Part shown: positions 28,460-39,210 of the stretch, one piece after another
Layout: each line of letters begins with the position of its first letter
How positions within the stretch are numbered: the first letter of the stretch is position 1
Assembly (NCBI GenBank): GCA_963803435.1
Contig: CAWDML010000001.1
Coordinates: 2,624,001-2,688,000 of the forward strand
From: an uncultured delta proteobacterium
Lineage (GTDB): Bacteria; Myxococcota; Kuafuiibacteriia; Kuafuiibacteriales; Kuafuiibacteriaceae
DNA length: 64,000 nucleotides
Direction: 5' to 3'
Notes under the pieces: model-generated
Databases searched by the model: none
Told to the model about the DNA's origin: nothing
What the model saw: only the letters and a program-made list of their open reading frames with translations
Position numbers and translations under genes: made by a program

Positions 28460-30949
28460 GTGGCAGATCAATGGCACCCGCCGCGTCGAACAGGGCTGAT
28501 CATCGTGTCGGCGGCAGCGCTGTGGACTTCATCGCTCGTGTACCCGGGGCTCGCGCGAGGCCAGGTCGAGCCTGGGCCTCGCTCGCGGGCGCACCAGGCG
28601 CTCGGCGGCTTTCCGATCGGTTGCAACAAGTGCCACGACTCGGGCAACGGTGTCCCGGACGACAAGTGCTTGGCCTGCCACACGCATCAGAAGCTGCGGG
28701 CGCGGATCCTGGCGGGCCAAGGCTTTCACGCGCAGCCCGACGTGAAGAGCAAGCGCTGCCAGGCGTGCCACGCGGAGCACAAAGAAGAGCCGCCGGGCTC
28801 AGGCAAGGGCCGCAGGACCACCATCGACTGGAGGCCGTTCGGCGGAAAGGCGAACTTCAACCATCACCTCACGGGCTGGCCGCTCGATGGCGCCCATCGC
28901 TTCCAGAGGTGCGAGAAGTGCCACGCGGAGAAGTATCCGGAGTCGAAGCTCCCCACCTATCTCGGGAAGCGGGGCGAGTGCACGACCTGCCATCGCGGTA
29001 CCAAGGAGGACCGGGGCATCGGCGGCGACAACCCGCACCGGTTCACCGACGCGTCGCTGACCGACTGCCGAATGTGCCACGGCTCGAGCAACTTTCGGGT
29101 CGCGAACCTGGGCGCCACCAGGTGGGATCACGACCGGACAGCGTTCCCGCTGGTGGGGTTCCATCGGCGGAACGCGTGCATCCAGTGCCACCGGGACAAC
29201 ATCGAGACGTTCGAGGTGAAGACGCGCGACTTCGCGGACTGCAAGGGCTGTCACCAGGACTCGCACCGATCGGTGATCTCGGCGTCGCGCGAGTGCCGGC
29301 GATGTCACTCGATGACGACGAAGTTCGCGAACACCGAGTTCGATCACGGCAGGGAGACCCGCTTTCCGCTGCGCGGCCGGCACCGGAAGAACCGGTGCAA
29401 GGACTGCCACAAGATCGACAGCCCGCCCGAGAAACCGGCGATGGCCTGCGCCGGCTGCCACCGTGACATCCACCAGGGACGCTTCGGCAAGGAGACCTGC
29501 GACGGTTGCCACACCGAGCAGGGCTTCAAAACCGCCATCGTCTTCGACCACGACAAGAAGACCAAGTTCGAGCTGACCGGGAAGCATCGGACCGCGCCCT
29601 GCACCGGGTGCCATCGCGGCGGGCTGGCGTCGGGCTTCGAGCGCTTCGAGACCACCGAGTGCGCGGGCTGCCACCGCCATCAGAAGGCCCACTGCGGGCA
29701 GTTCGGGCTCAAGAACTGCGAGCGATGCCACGTGCGCGGCGGTGATCGGACCTCGAAGTTCGACCACGACCTCACGCGCTTTCCGCTCCAGCGCGCACAC
29801 GCGAAGGTCGAGTGCGAGCGCTGCCACCAGCCGCAGCACCTCGGCGAGACCGCCGAGTGCCGGAAGGCCGTCGCATACACCGGACTCGAGCCCCAGTGCT
29901 TCGGCTGCCATGTGGACATCCATCAGGGCGAGCTGGGGAAGGACTGCTCGAAGTGCCACACCAGCGGCGAGAGCTTCAAGACGCTGGTCTTCGATCACAA
30001 CCGAGACGCCCGCTTCAGCCTCACCGGCTTCCATCAGCTGGTGGCGTGCGACAGCTGCCACCCGAGGCGGAAGTACAAGCTAGAGAAGACGCGGTGCGCC
30101 TCGTGCCACGCGAAAGACGACGTGCACGACGCGAGGCTCGGCGACGACTGCGCCAAGTGCCACGAGACCACCGGCGGCGCGCCGAAGTTCAATCACAACG
30201 TCCACACCGACTTCGTTCAGAAGGGCGTTCACGCGCGGCTCGAGTGCGCGCGCTGCCACTTCTTGAGCAACGGAGACCGCCTCGGCCGGAAGGTGGCGCT
30301 CGCGAAGCCGGGGGCTCGCCTCGATCTCCTGTTCCGGGCGGCGGGGCGGGACTGCGACGCCTGCCATCCCGACCCCCATCAGGTCCGGGAGAAGCTGGCC
30401 TGCGATGCGTGCCACGGATTCGAGCGGTGGACGGCTCCACCGCGCAACGACTACCACCAGTCGACCGGCTTCACTTTGGGCGGCGCGCACACGATCGTCG
30501 CCTGTACCCGCTGCCACACCGGCGGCGGCAGCATGCGCGGTCGCGGGCGGCGCTGCGGCACCTGTCATGCGCAGGACGACGTGCACGCGGGCTCGCTCGG
30601 GTCGGAGTGCGGCTCGTGCCACCTCCAGGACGTCTGGGTCCCGACGACGTTCGCGCACAACGACACGGCCTTCGTGCTGGAAGGCATCCACCGCTCGCTG
30701 GAGTGCCGGCAGTGCCACCTGGCCGGCAACTACGCCATCGGCAAGAACCCGCGATGCTACAGCTGCCATCTCAAGCAGTATCTCCAGGCCCCCTGGCACA
30801 TCTGCGGAGACCAACGTCAGCAGGCGGACGATCCGCCGAACACACCGTTCCACATCACCGGTGGGACGGGAGGGCAGATGAGCCACGATTGCGACAACTG
30901 CCATACGCAGTTCACGTTCGCCGGCGCCCTCAACCTGGAGCTGCGATGA
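28460..30949 (+). CDS. Multiheme cytochrome c with 30 CXXCH motifs (ten tri-heme modules), exported
   Basis: 30 CXXCH counted by hand; repeated F.H..T.F.L.G.H linkers; N-terminal signal-like segment. Confidence 0.92.
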   Translation: MADQWHPPRRTGLIIVSAAALWTSSLVYPGLARGQVEPGPRSRAHQALGGFPIGCNKCHDSGNGVPDDKCLACHTHQKLRARILAGQGFHAQPDVKSKRCQACHAEHKEEPPGSGKGRRTTIDWRPFGGKANFNHHLTGWPLDGAHRFQRCEKCHAEKYPESKLPTYLGKRGECTTCHRGTKEDRGIGGDNPHRFTDASLTDCRMCHGSSNFRVANLGATRWDHDRTAFPLVGFHRRNACIQCHRDNIETFEVKTRDFADCKGCHQDSHRSVISASRECRRCHSMTTKFANTEFDHGRETRFPLRGRHRKNRCKDCHKIDSPPEKPAMACAGCHRDIHQGRFGKETCDGCHTEQGFKTAIVFDHDKKTKFELTGKHRTAPCTGCHRGGLASGFERFETTECAGCHRHQKAHCGQFGLKNCERCHVRGGDRTSKFDHDLTRFPLQRAHAKVECERCHQPQHLGETAECRKAVAYTGLEPQCFGCHVDIHQGELGKDCSKCHTSGESFKTLVFDHNRDARFSLTGFHQLVACDSCHPRRKYKLEKTRCASCHAKDDVHDARLGDDCAKCHETTGGAPKFNHNVHTDFVQKGVHARLECARCHFLSNGDRLGRKVALAKPGARLDLLFRAAGRDCDACHPDPHQVREKLACDACHGFERWTAPPRNDYHQSTGFTLGGAHTIVACTRCHTGGGSMRGRGRRCGTCHAQDDVHAGSLGSECGSCHLQDVWVPTTFAHNDTAFVLEGIHRSLECRQCHLAGNYAIGKNPRCYSCHLKQYLQAPWHICGDQRQQADDPPNTPFHITGGTGGQMSHDCDNCHTQFTFAGALNLELR

Positions 30950-32634
30950 CCGGCCACGGCGTCCTCCCGCTGGTGCTGCTCGCGTTCGCCTCAGAGCCGC
31001 CGGCTGCCGGGGAGGAACCGTCGCGCTGGTCGAACCGCGGCGCGATGGTGCCGATCGTCTCGCCGGTGCCGGTCACCGCCGAGCTTCCCGAGCGCGCGGT
31101 ACCCATCGAGACGCCCGTCGAGACACCGGGCCAGGCGCTCTCGGGCGGCGCCGGCGAGGAGAGGATCTCGGCCCGCCTCAGCTTGAGCGGCTATCATCTC
31201 GAGACCAGCGGGCTCGGGAGGGTGCTCGGCCCGACGCCGAGGGACACCCCCGCGCCGCCCAACGACAGCCGCTACGCAACGAACAACTGGGAGATACCGA
31301 CGGTGCAGGACGGCGCATCGCGGGACATCGATCTCCTGCGCGCGCGCGCCACGCTCGGCTACGAGCACATCGCAGGGACCGAGCTCTCGCTCCACCTCGA
31401 CGTCGAGTATCGACCTCAAATCAGCGGCAGCCGCTTCACGGACTACCGCCTCAACGAGGCATACGCGAGCTATGGGCTCGACGAACAGCGCACCCAAGAG
31501 GCGCCCTGGTGGGGCGTCGCCCTGGGCCGTCTCGCCGTTCGCGAGGCGGGCTATGCGCAGGCGGACGGGATCGCGGCGCGCTTCCGGATCGCGGGCGGGT
31601 TGCAAGCCGGGATCTTCGGCGGTGTGACCGGCAATCCGTACGGCTACAACTGGAACCAGCGAAGAACCGAGGTCTTCAGCGCGGACTGGTACACCGGAGG
31701 TGCGTTCGTCTCGCTGCAGCTGCCGGAGCTCTCGGTGAACTTGGCCGGCGTGGTGATCTACGCGAAGATCGCCGAGGGGCTCTCCGACGTCGATCGCGCC
31801 TACGTCTACCTCGACGGCGCCTGGCTGATCCTCCCCGAGCTCAACCTGGTGGTGAACGGTTGGCTCGACGTGTTGCCCGGCGGCCAGGTGGTCCAGAACC
31901 TCAGCGGCTCGTTCTCCTGGAGCCCGTTCGACGACCTCTCCCTCGCGCTGGGCGGCGGGCGCTTCAGCACGCTGCTCTACGCCGTCTCCAGCGGCTACAC
32001 CTTCACCGCCGCCGGCGACAACGCGGTCGTGGTGGGCGGGAACCAGCGGACCATCGTCGACCCCGACGGCCAGCCGGTCGTGCCCTTCGACGCGGCGCTG
32101 ATGACCTCGATCTACAGCACGGCGTGGCTCCGCGGCGCCTACCGCATCCTCCGAGAGCTCGAGCTGGGCGTCCGGCTCGACGTGCTGATTCGGGACGTCG
32201 TACCGGGCGCGCCGCGCGTCGTTCCGGGCGTCACCGTCCGCTATGGGAACCCGGAGATCATCGACGCCCACGTCGATCTCGCGTACATCGCCGATCCCGA
32301 GTCGCAAGCGAAGGCGGTGATCTCGGGCGGCCTCGGGCGCGGTCTCTTCGGCTTCTATCTGAGCGGCGACCTCCGCTACCTCCCGGGCGACATCGACGCA
32401 TTCGATGCCGGCACCACGCTCGGCTATACCTTCCCGCGGGGCTGGTTCCCGGGGACGCTCTCGGTCCACGGGATGTTCCGCTACTTCCGCGAGAACGTCG
32501 CTCTCTACCTTCAGGAGCCCGACCTCGCCTCCATCGTCTACGAGCTCCAGCCGGACGGTGAGATCAGGGGATGGGAGACGATCGAGAAGCAGGAGACGCT
32601 CATCGCCTTCGCCGGGATCGAGTGGCGGCTCTAA
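30946..32634 (+). CDS. Predicted outer-membrane beta-barrel (porin) partner of the cytochrome
   Basis: Signal peptide MTGHGVLPLVLLAFA, alternating amphipathic strands, C-terminal FAGIEWRL beta-signal; ATGA overlap with the cytochrome stop. Confidence 0.7.
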   Translation: MTGHGVLPLVLLAFASEPPAAGEEPSRWSNRGAMVPIVSPVPVTAELPERAVPIETPVETPGQALSGGAGEERISARLSLSGYHLETSGLGRVLGPTPRDTPAPPNDSRYATNNWEIPTVQDGASRDIDLLRARATLGYEHIAGTELSLHLDVEYRPQISGSRFTDYRLNEAYASYGLDEQRTQEAPWWGVALGRLAVREAGYAQADGIAARFRIAGGLQAGIFGGVTGNPYGYNWNQRRTEVFSADWYTGGAFVSLQLPELSVNLAGVVIYAKIAEGLSDVDRAYVYLDGAWLILPELNLVVNGWLDVLPGGQVVQNLSGSFSWSPFDDLSLALGGGRFSTLLYAVSSGYTFTAAGDNAVVVGGNQRTIVDPDGQPVVPFDAALMTSIYSTAWLRGAYRILRELELGVRLDVLIRDVVPGAPRVVPGVTVRYGNPEIIDAHVDLAYIADPESQAKAVISGGLGRGLFGFYLSGDLRYLPGDIDAFDAGTTLGYTFPRGWFPGTLSVHGMFRYFRENVALYLQEPDLASIVYELQPDGEIRGWETIEKQETLIAFAGIEWRL

Positions 32635-32719
32635 ACTGACGCTTCGAGCTGCGAGCTGTCGACGCGGGGCTGCGCCAGCATGGAATTCGACTGAACTCGA
32701 GCGTTTGAGGCTTGCGGCC

Positions 32720-33490
32720 TCAACGGCTGAGGTAGATCGAGAAGCGGCGGATCTCCTCGAAGCCAGCGCGGAGAAGGATTGGCGCCGAGGTGTTCTCGTT
32801 CGCGTGAACGGTGGCGAGGGCGACGCCGCGCGCCCGGGCGAATCGGAGGCGGCGCGCGACCAGCGCGCGGTAGACGCCGCGGCCGCGGAGGGCGGGGACC
32901 ACCACGGCGCCCTGCAGCAGGACGGAGCGTTCGAAGAGCACCATGTTGGCGGCGCCGGCCAGCGTATCGTCGAGATGGGCGACGAACATGTGGTTTCGGC
33001 GTCCGGGCGTCTCCACGACCTGGCGATGGAAGCGTCCGAGCGGGCCAGGATCCATCCCGAAGCCTTCGGCGATCATCCGCGTGAACAGGCCGACGTTCTC
33101 CGGGCCGACCTCCTCCACGAAAACGCCGGGAGGATCTGGATCCTCGATCGACGTCGCCTGCGCCAAGGCACACAGCGAGGAGCGGATGAAGCCGTGTTCG
33201 GCGAGCCGGTCAGCCAGGTCGCTCGGTCGCGTTTCGGGCGTGACCCGCCAGCGGAAGAGGAGGTCGTCGCGCTCGTACTCGGCGCGCGTGCGCTCGATGA
33301 CCGCGTCCGTCTCTTCGGGGGAGAGCTCGGAGTGGATCACCTCGTTGAGCCCACCCTGCTTGAGGGACGGCGTGATGATCTGGAGCCAGCCGGGCCGATC
33401 GACGACGCGGGAGTCGTGCGCGATAAAGTAGGCGCGGCGCGGCACGATCAAGGCCTCGTGGTACAGCGCCTCGGGCGTCCATCCGATCAC
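32720..33490 (-). CDS. GNAT-family N-acetyltransferase
   Basis: C-terminal VVPALRGRGVYRALV acetyl-CoA motif and ILLRAGF. Confidence 0.8.
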   Translation of the reverse strand: MIGWTPEALYHEALIVPRRAYFIAHDSRVVDRPGWLQIITPSLKQGGLNEVIHSELSPEETDAVIERTRAEYERDDLLFRWRVTPETRPSDLADRLAEHGFIRSSLCALAQATSIEDPDPPGVFVEEVGPENVGLFTRMIAEGFGMDPGPLGRFHRQVVETPGRRNHMFVAHLDDTLAGAANMVLFERSVLLQGAVVVPALRGRGVYRALVARRLRFARARGVALATVHANENTSAPILLRAGFEEIRRFSIYLSR

Positions 33491-33525
33491 GGGTTCACGG
33501 TACCATCGCGCCGCTCCCTCGACGA

Positions 33526-34320
33526 TCAGCGATGATGGCCGTGCGGACCGCGGTGTCCATGCGCCTGCGACCGATCAGGTTCCCGCCGCGCGGTCGCGTG
33601 CTCGTCGCGCCGTCGATTCCGCTCGTGCGTGGGCGCGCGGGGCACCACCGCGGGTGGATGCGCCGGGACACGGCTGGGCATGCGCACCACCGGACGTCCG
33701 TCCGTTCGCGCGATCTCGTGGGGCGGCGGGCCGCGCCGATCCCAGTGCTCACGCCGGGAGTGGACGAAGACGTCGTGCGTTCGCGCGGAGCTGAGGAAGC
33801 GGCGATGGTCCAGCCGCCCCCCGAAGTCGCCGCTCCGGACCGAGACCCAGATGCTGGGACGGCTGTAGTAGCTCAGCCCGACGCCGACCGGCGCGAGCGG
33901 CGCCCACGAGACCACGCCGTTTGAGTACCGCCAGTCGACCCAGGCGGGCGCCCACTGATACCCGGGGATCCAGGCCCAGCCGAGGGAGGCCATCCACGCC
34001 CAGCGTCCGTAGTGGAACGTCACCGCGCCAAAGGGATCGCTCGAGACGAACTCCCAGCCTGCGTTCGTGTAGCGCCACTCGCCGTCGGTGTAGGGACGCC
34101 ATTGGTTCGAGTCGACCCTCGGGACCCAGACCAGGCCGTACGACGCCGTCCGATGCCAGGCACCGTACGGGGCCAGGTCCCGCTGGAAGCGGTCGAGGCT
34201 CACCGGCCCTCCGTAGGCAGAATACGCGCCGACGATCGGCGTGGGCGGCACCGCCGCAAATGCGACGCCGCAGCCGGAGAGGAGTGCGATCGGAAGGATC
34301 GTTGCACCAACTCGTCTCAC
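33526..34320 (-). CDS. Trp/Pro-rich exported protein (DUF6600-like)
   Basis: LAPYGAW, WRPYTDGEW, FHYGRW, WAPAWVDWR; LLSGC lipobox-like. Confidence 0.7.
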   Translation of the reverse strand: MRRVGATILPIALLSGCGVAFAAVPPTPIVGAYSAYGGPVSLDRFQRDLAPYGAWHRTASYGLVWVPRVDSNQWRPYTDGEWRYTNAGWEFVSSDPFGAVTFHYGRWAWMASLGWAWIPGYQWAPAWVDWRYSNGVVSWAPLAPVGVGLSYYSRPSIWVSVRSGDFGGRLDHRRFLSSARTHDVFVHSRREHWDRRGPPPHEIARTDGRPVVRMPSRVPAHPPAVVPRAPTHERNRRRDEHATARREPDRSQAHGHRGPHGHHR

Positions 34321-34389
34321 GCTTCGGGAACAATCGGGCCACGGACTTCGAGCCCGCGACTTCTTCGTTGCGCAAGCTCGAGGGTGCCG

Positions 34390-34701
34390 TTACTGCGGTG
34401 TCGCAGACGTCTCGGCATCCGCGGCGCCGTTCGCACGCTGCGTCACCAGCTGCTTGATGAGCTCGATCAGCTCCTCGATCTTCTTCATCAAGGTGTCCTG
34501 CCCGCCCGAAGCCTCACCGGCGGCGGGCGCTCCCCGGCCTCCCCCCGCAGCGTCGAGCCGGTCCGCCAGACGCTGGAGGATCTGCGTCTGCAAGCGCTCG
34601 CGCTGGTCGCCGCCGGCCGCGCGGTCGTCGGGCTGCGCGCCGGGGAGAGCGCTGCGAGAGACGGGGTTGAACGTCGTGTTGATCGGGATGTTCGTCGGCA
34701 T
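34390..34701 (-). CDS. Small hypothetical protein
   Basis: GGAG RBS-like sequence before ATG; low-complexity with an amphipathic helix MKKIEELIELIKQL. Confidence 0.45.
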   Translation of the reverse strand: MPTNIPINTTFNPVSRSALPGAQPDDRAAGGDQRERLQTQILQRLADRLDAAGGGRGAPAAGEASGGQDTLMKKIEELIELIKQLVTQRANGAADAETSATPQ

Positions 34702-34844
34702 TTGAAGTGGCTCCTTCACCTGAGCCACTTCACGTTCGGTGCCACGTTCGTGGTTGGAGAAATCGCTGAATCAGCGCTGCGGGCGGGGTCGCGATCGTGT
34801 TCGCTCGGACGAACATGTTCGCCCGAGCGAACGGCCGGTCGCGA

Positions 34845-36164
34845 TCAGTTCGCCGGGAAGGAGGTCCAGCCGGCGGTCCAGTCCTCGCCGCCGGGAGGAA
34901 TGGCGCCGATGAACGGGGCGCTGTCGAAGCCCGCGGGCGGCGTGGCCGCGCCCGACGCGACCGGGCTGTCGACGGCGGGCGCGAAGTTCGGCGCCGTCAG
35001 GTTGTACGGTGCGCCGAGCATCGGATCGACGTCGATCTTGTTGGAGCGGGCCGGGTCGGAGAGGAACGCTGCCTCATCGAAGCCGCCGTCATCGTCCTCG
35101 TCGGCGTCGGCGTCGAAGTTGGCGCCGTTCTGATAGAAGAGGCTGTTCTCGATGGTGAGCGCGGGCGGCGTCATCTGCATGCCCATCACGCCGGCCACGT
35201 CACGCACGTCGACGCCTGCGACCGGGAAGCCCATGACGATGATGTTGTGGAGGAGACCCCAGGTGCCGCGGCGCAGGACCATTCCGTTCTGGGTGCCCGA
35301 GGCGGCGTTCGTGCCGATCAAGGTGGCGTTGTAGATCGTCGGCCGAGAGCGCGGCATGGCGTCGTTGTTCTCGTGCTGGTTGTCGGCCTCGAAGCCGGAG
35401 TCGGCGTCGCCCGGGTTCTGCTGCACCACCAGGAACTGCACGTTCCCGGAGAAGCCGAGGTCCCAGTCGAGCTGGTCGTCCTGATTGCTGGAGAGGACGG
35501 CGTGCTTCAGGTTGGCCAGGCCGCCGAACATCTCGATGCCGTCGTCCTTGCCCATGTGAACCTGCACGTAGTCGAGCGTGGTCCCGCTGCCGCATGCGCC
35601 CACCGAGATCCCGTTGAGCTCGTTGTCGATGGAGAGCTCGAAGCCGGCAAACTCGACGCGAACGTACTTGAGCGATCCGCAGCTGTAGGTCGAGTCGGTG
35701 CCGCCGTAGACGCCGCGCTCGTCGGTGGCGTCGATGCCTTCGATCCGGTTCTCGCCGCCGGTGATGTTGATCGGCGCACGGCCCAGGAGTACCAGGCCGC
35801 CCCAGTCGCCCGGGCGCCGCTGCCCGACCATCGTGGAGCTGGTGAAGATGATCGGCTTCTCCTTGGTCCCGTTGGCGATGAGCTTGGCGTCCCGCGTGAT
35901 GATCAACGCCGACCCGTTGTCGCCTTGCACGGTGGTCCCGGGCTCGATGGTGAGCGTGGCGCCCTCCTCGACGAAGATCAGCTCGGTGAGGATATACGTC
36001 TTGTCGGCGGTCCAGGTGGTATCGGCCGTCAGAGAGGACGAGACCTCGACGATCCCATCGTTGTTGTGGTTGTCGTCGGTGTTGCCGTCGTTCGAGCTGG
36101 TTCCGCAGGCGGCGGTCCCGACGAGGAGCATGGTTCCGAGTAGCAGCTTGAGCGTAGTATTCAT
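34845..36164 (-). CDS. TonB-receptor-associated beta-helix lipoprotein
   Basis: Lipobox TAAC; PGDWGGLVLLG, LKYVRVEFAG, DDGIEMFGG, GFEADN. Confidence 0.75.
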   Translation of the reverse strand: MNTTLKLLLGTMLLVGTAACGTSSNDGNTDDNHNNDGIVEVSSSLTADTTWTADKTYILTELIFVEEGATLTIEPGTTVQGDNGSALIITRDAKLIANGTKEKPIIFTSSTMVGQRRPGDWGGLVLLGRAPINITGGENRIEGIDATDERGVYGGTDSTYSCGSLKYVRVEFAGFELSIDNELNGISVGACGSGTTLDYVQVHMGKDDGIEMFGGLANLKHAVLSSNQDDQLDWDLGFSGNVQFLVVQQNPGDADSGFEADNQHENNDAMPRSRPTIYNATLIGTNAASGTQNGMVLRRGTWGLLHNIIVMGFPVAGVDVRDVAGVMGMQMTPPALTIENSLFYQNGANFDADADEDDDGGFDEAAFLSDPARSNKIDVDPMLGAPYNLTAPNFAPAVDSPVASGAATPPAGFDSAPFIGAIPPGGEDWTAGWTSFPAN

Positions 36165-36184
36165 GTTCGTTCTCTTCCGAATTC

Positions 36185-39100
36185 TCAGTGCGTCCACGCG
36201 AGACGCGTCCCTATCGTGAGGCCCTGCCCGTACTCCGAGAAGTTGAAGTCCTGTTGAGTGATCCTCATTTTCTGAGCGAGAAGGTTCTTCGCGTACAAAC
36301 TCACGTTCCAATCGTCCGTGATCTTCCAGAACACCGTCGCATCCAGGGAATGGAAGGGCTCTTCGTAGACATCCGGAAGTCCCAGGCGACCCACGTCGCT
36401 GATCCGACGACCGAAGACGTTGTAGAACACGTTCGCGGAGAACCTAGACCCGTCCGGTGCATATCCGAGTGACAGGTTGGCAACGAATGGCGACTGCCCG
36501 GCGAGCGAACGTGACGCTGAGGTGGCGAGCTGCTGGTCCTCGGGAGACAGCGAGACCCTCGAATAGATCAGCGCGACGTTCGCCAGGAGATTGAAGCCGT
36601 CGAGATAGTGATGGATCCTTCCCAGCTCGACGCGCGCCTCGAGCTCGCCGCCGAAGTTCTGCGCGCCCTCGATGTTGTCGAACGTGACGTTGCCCTGCTG
36701 GTCGAGCACCACCGGCTCGATCGGCGCCTGAAAGATCTTGTAGAACACGGACGCCGCCAGCACCTCCGACTCGCCCGGGAACCACTCCCAGCGCAGGTCG
36801 AAGTTGTGGACGTAGGTGCGGAGGATGTCCGGGTTCCCTTGCGTGTTGCGGCGGCGGATGAAGTCCTGGTTGAGGAACGGCGCCAGCTCCCGGATCAGGG
36901 ACGGGCCACGGTGCCGCCGTACGAGGCGCGGATGTTCATCTGCTCGGCGATCGGGACGATCACGCCCACCGAGGGCAGCACGTCGAAGTCGGTGCGCGAG
37001 GTGGAGGCGGCCACCGCCTTGTCCGTGGAGAAGGGTGAGCTGGCCTCGATCTGCTGATTGAAGGCCTCCAGGCGCGCCCCGCCGATCACGCGGACCGCCT
37101 TCGCGATGAACCAGTCGCCCATCAGGTAGCCGGCGTTGAGGAGGAGGTTGGCGGCGTAGCCGTCGTCGGGCCGGGTCAGCTCGAGCAGCTCGAGGATCGG
37201 GCCGTAGCTCTCGGGCGCGAACAGCGCCTCCGGTGCCAGCAGCCGCTGATCCGCGGTGCCGACGTAACGAGTGCCGAAGCGCCGCGCCGAGAAGTTCCGG
37301 TCCGAGAACCGCATCAGGTAGCCGCCCTTGAGCTTCAGCTCCTCGAGGAGCGGGTAGCTGAGATCGACCCCGCCCCCGACGTCGGTCTGGCCCAGCTCCG
37401 TGAAGAGCCGCTCGCCGCTGCCGGTGACGTTGCGATACACGAAGCCCTGCGGCCCCAGCGCGTAGAGGAGATCGCGGGTGTCGGGCTGATCGCGCGCGAT
37501 CAGCGCCATATTCACCTGCCAGTCGAGATCGATCGCGTCGAAGAGCTGCTGATGCCGTCCCAGGATCTGGTTGAACCAGAGCCGCCGCGCGATGAAGCGG
37601 AGCTGCGTCTGCTCGATCGACGTGCCCTCGTTCTCCGCGATCCCGGTGGTGCGCGAGGTGCGGTCGTCGCCGGTCTGGGTGAAGAGCGACACCAGCTTCA
37701 GCTCGTGATCCTGTCCGACGCGGTAGCTGGCGGTCCCCAGCAGGCCGAGCTGGGACGAGGTCTGCCCGACCTCGCGCGCGAGCTCGTCGCTCTCGACCAC
37801 GTGTTGCTCGCCCTGGAGCTTGACGTTCGTGATCCGCTCCAGGTTGCGCTCGGTGCCGTAGCGATAGCCGGCGGTGACCAGGAACCCCAGGCGATCGTCG
37901 CCGAGCTCGACCGAGTCGCCCAGGCTGAGCCCGAGCGACAGGTCGGGGATGGCGCGGCGCTCGTCGACGTTCCAGACGTTCTGGAACGAGCGGCCGATCG
38001 CCTGGATCTGATCCGGCGGCAGCCCGTTGCGCCCGCTGCTGACGCGCTGATCGGGGACGGCGTCCGGCAGGGCCCGCGTGCCGTCGTCGAAGCCGAGGAA
38101 GTCGATGCTGCCTCCGCGGTAGCCGAGCGTCTTCTGCGCGAACGTGTCGCTCGCGCCCGAGAAGCCGGCGTTCGCCGAGATCGACAGCTTGTCCGGAAAG
38201 TCGCGGGTGAGGATGTCGAGCGAGCCGCCGGCGAAGTCGCCCGGGATGTCGGGCGTGAACGCCTTCGTCACGTTCAGGCTGGTCAGCAGGCTCACCGGGA
38301 AGAGGTCGATCTGGAACCCGGGAAGGTCGGGATCGGTGCTGGGGAGCTCCACGCCGTTGAGGAGCACGTTGGTGTACCGGCCCTGGAGCCCGCGCACGTT
38401 GAGGTAGGCGCCGCCGACCACGCTGGCGCCCACGATCCGTCGGGTGGCGCTGCTGGCGGTGCTGTCGGGCGACTTCTTGATCTCGTCCAGGCCGACGGAG
38501 TCCATCACCGCGGCCGCCTCCTTCCGCAGCGCGAGCTGCTGCGTGACGCTGCCGTAGTCGGGCTTGGGGATCAGGATGACCATCTCCGCCAGCGTGGCGG
38601 CGCGCGCCAGCATCCGGACCCGCGCCTCCACCTCGCCGCCGGCGGGCACCACCACCCTCACCACCTGCGTGGTGAGCTGGGGATGAATCACCGTGAGGTC
38701 CCGCGCGCCCGCCGGGAGCACCAGCTCGAACCGCCCATCGGCGCCGGAGCGCGCGTCGGCGGAGACGCCGCGGACCAGCACGCGCGCGTCGGCGATGGGG
38801 TGCTCGCTCGTATCCGTCACCCAGCCGCGCACGCTGCCCGTGGCGGTCGCGGTGGCCGTCGTCTCCACCTCGGGCTGCGCCGAGACCGGCGCTTCGATCT
38901 CGACCTGGGAGACGCCCTCGCCGAGCACCACCACCACCTCGGTGGTCTGGCCGAGCGCGATCGGGACCGACGCGGTCTTCACCGTGAGCGGTCCGTGTGC
39001 GATCCCGAGGACGTGCGTTCCGGTGGGGAGGATCAGCTCGAACATCCCTTCCCCGTCCGTCTGCACCGGTGCGCCGGCGTCGGGGGTCACGGACGCGTCC

Positions 39101-39210
39101 GGGATCGGGCGGCCGTTCGGCTCGATGACATAGCCGCGCACGGTGCCCTCGTCGGCGTGGGCCAGCGCCGGCACCAGCAGGGCGACGAGCAGCGTGATCA
39201 CAGATCGCAT
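36185..39210 (-). CDS. TonB-dependent receptor with two N-terminal carboxypeptidase-regulatory-like domains (frameshift near 36900)
   Basis: Plug NVRGLQGRYTNVLLNG...DFAGG; the barrel continues in the other frame (LIRELAPF...GNPDI...LAWTH). Confidence 0.85.

Noticed and set aside
29812-30945. N-terminal 378 aa of the 940-aa ORF 29812..32634
   Set aside because: Arg/Pro-rich shadow frame overlapping the cytochrome; the real start is the ATG at 30946 with a signal peptide.
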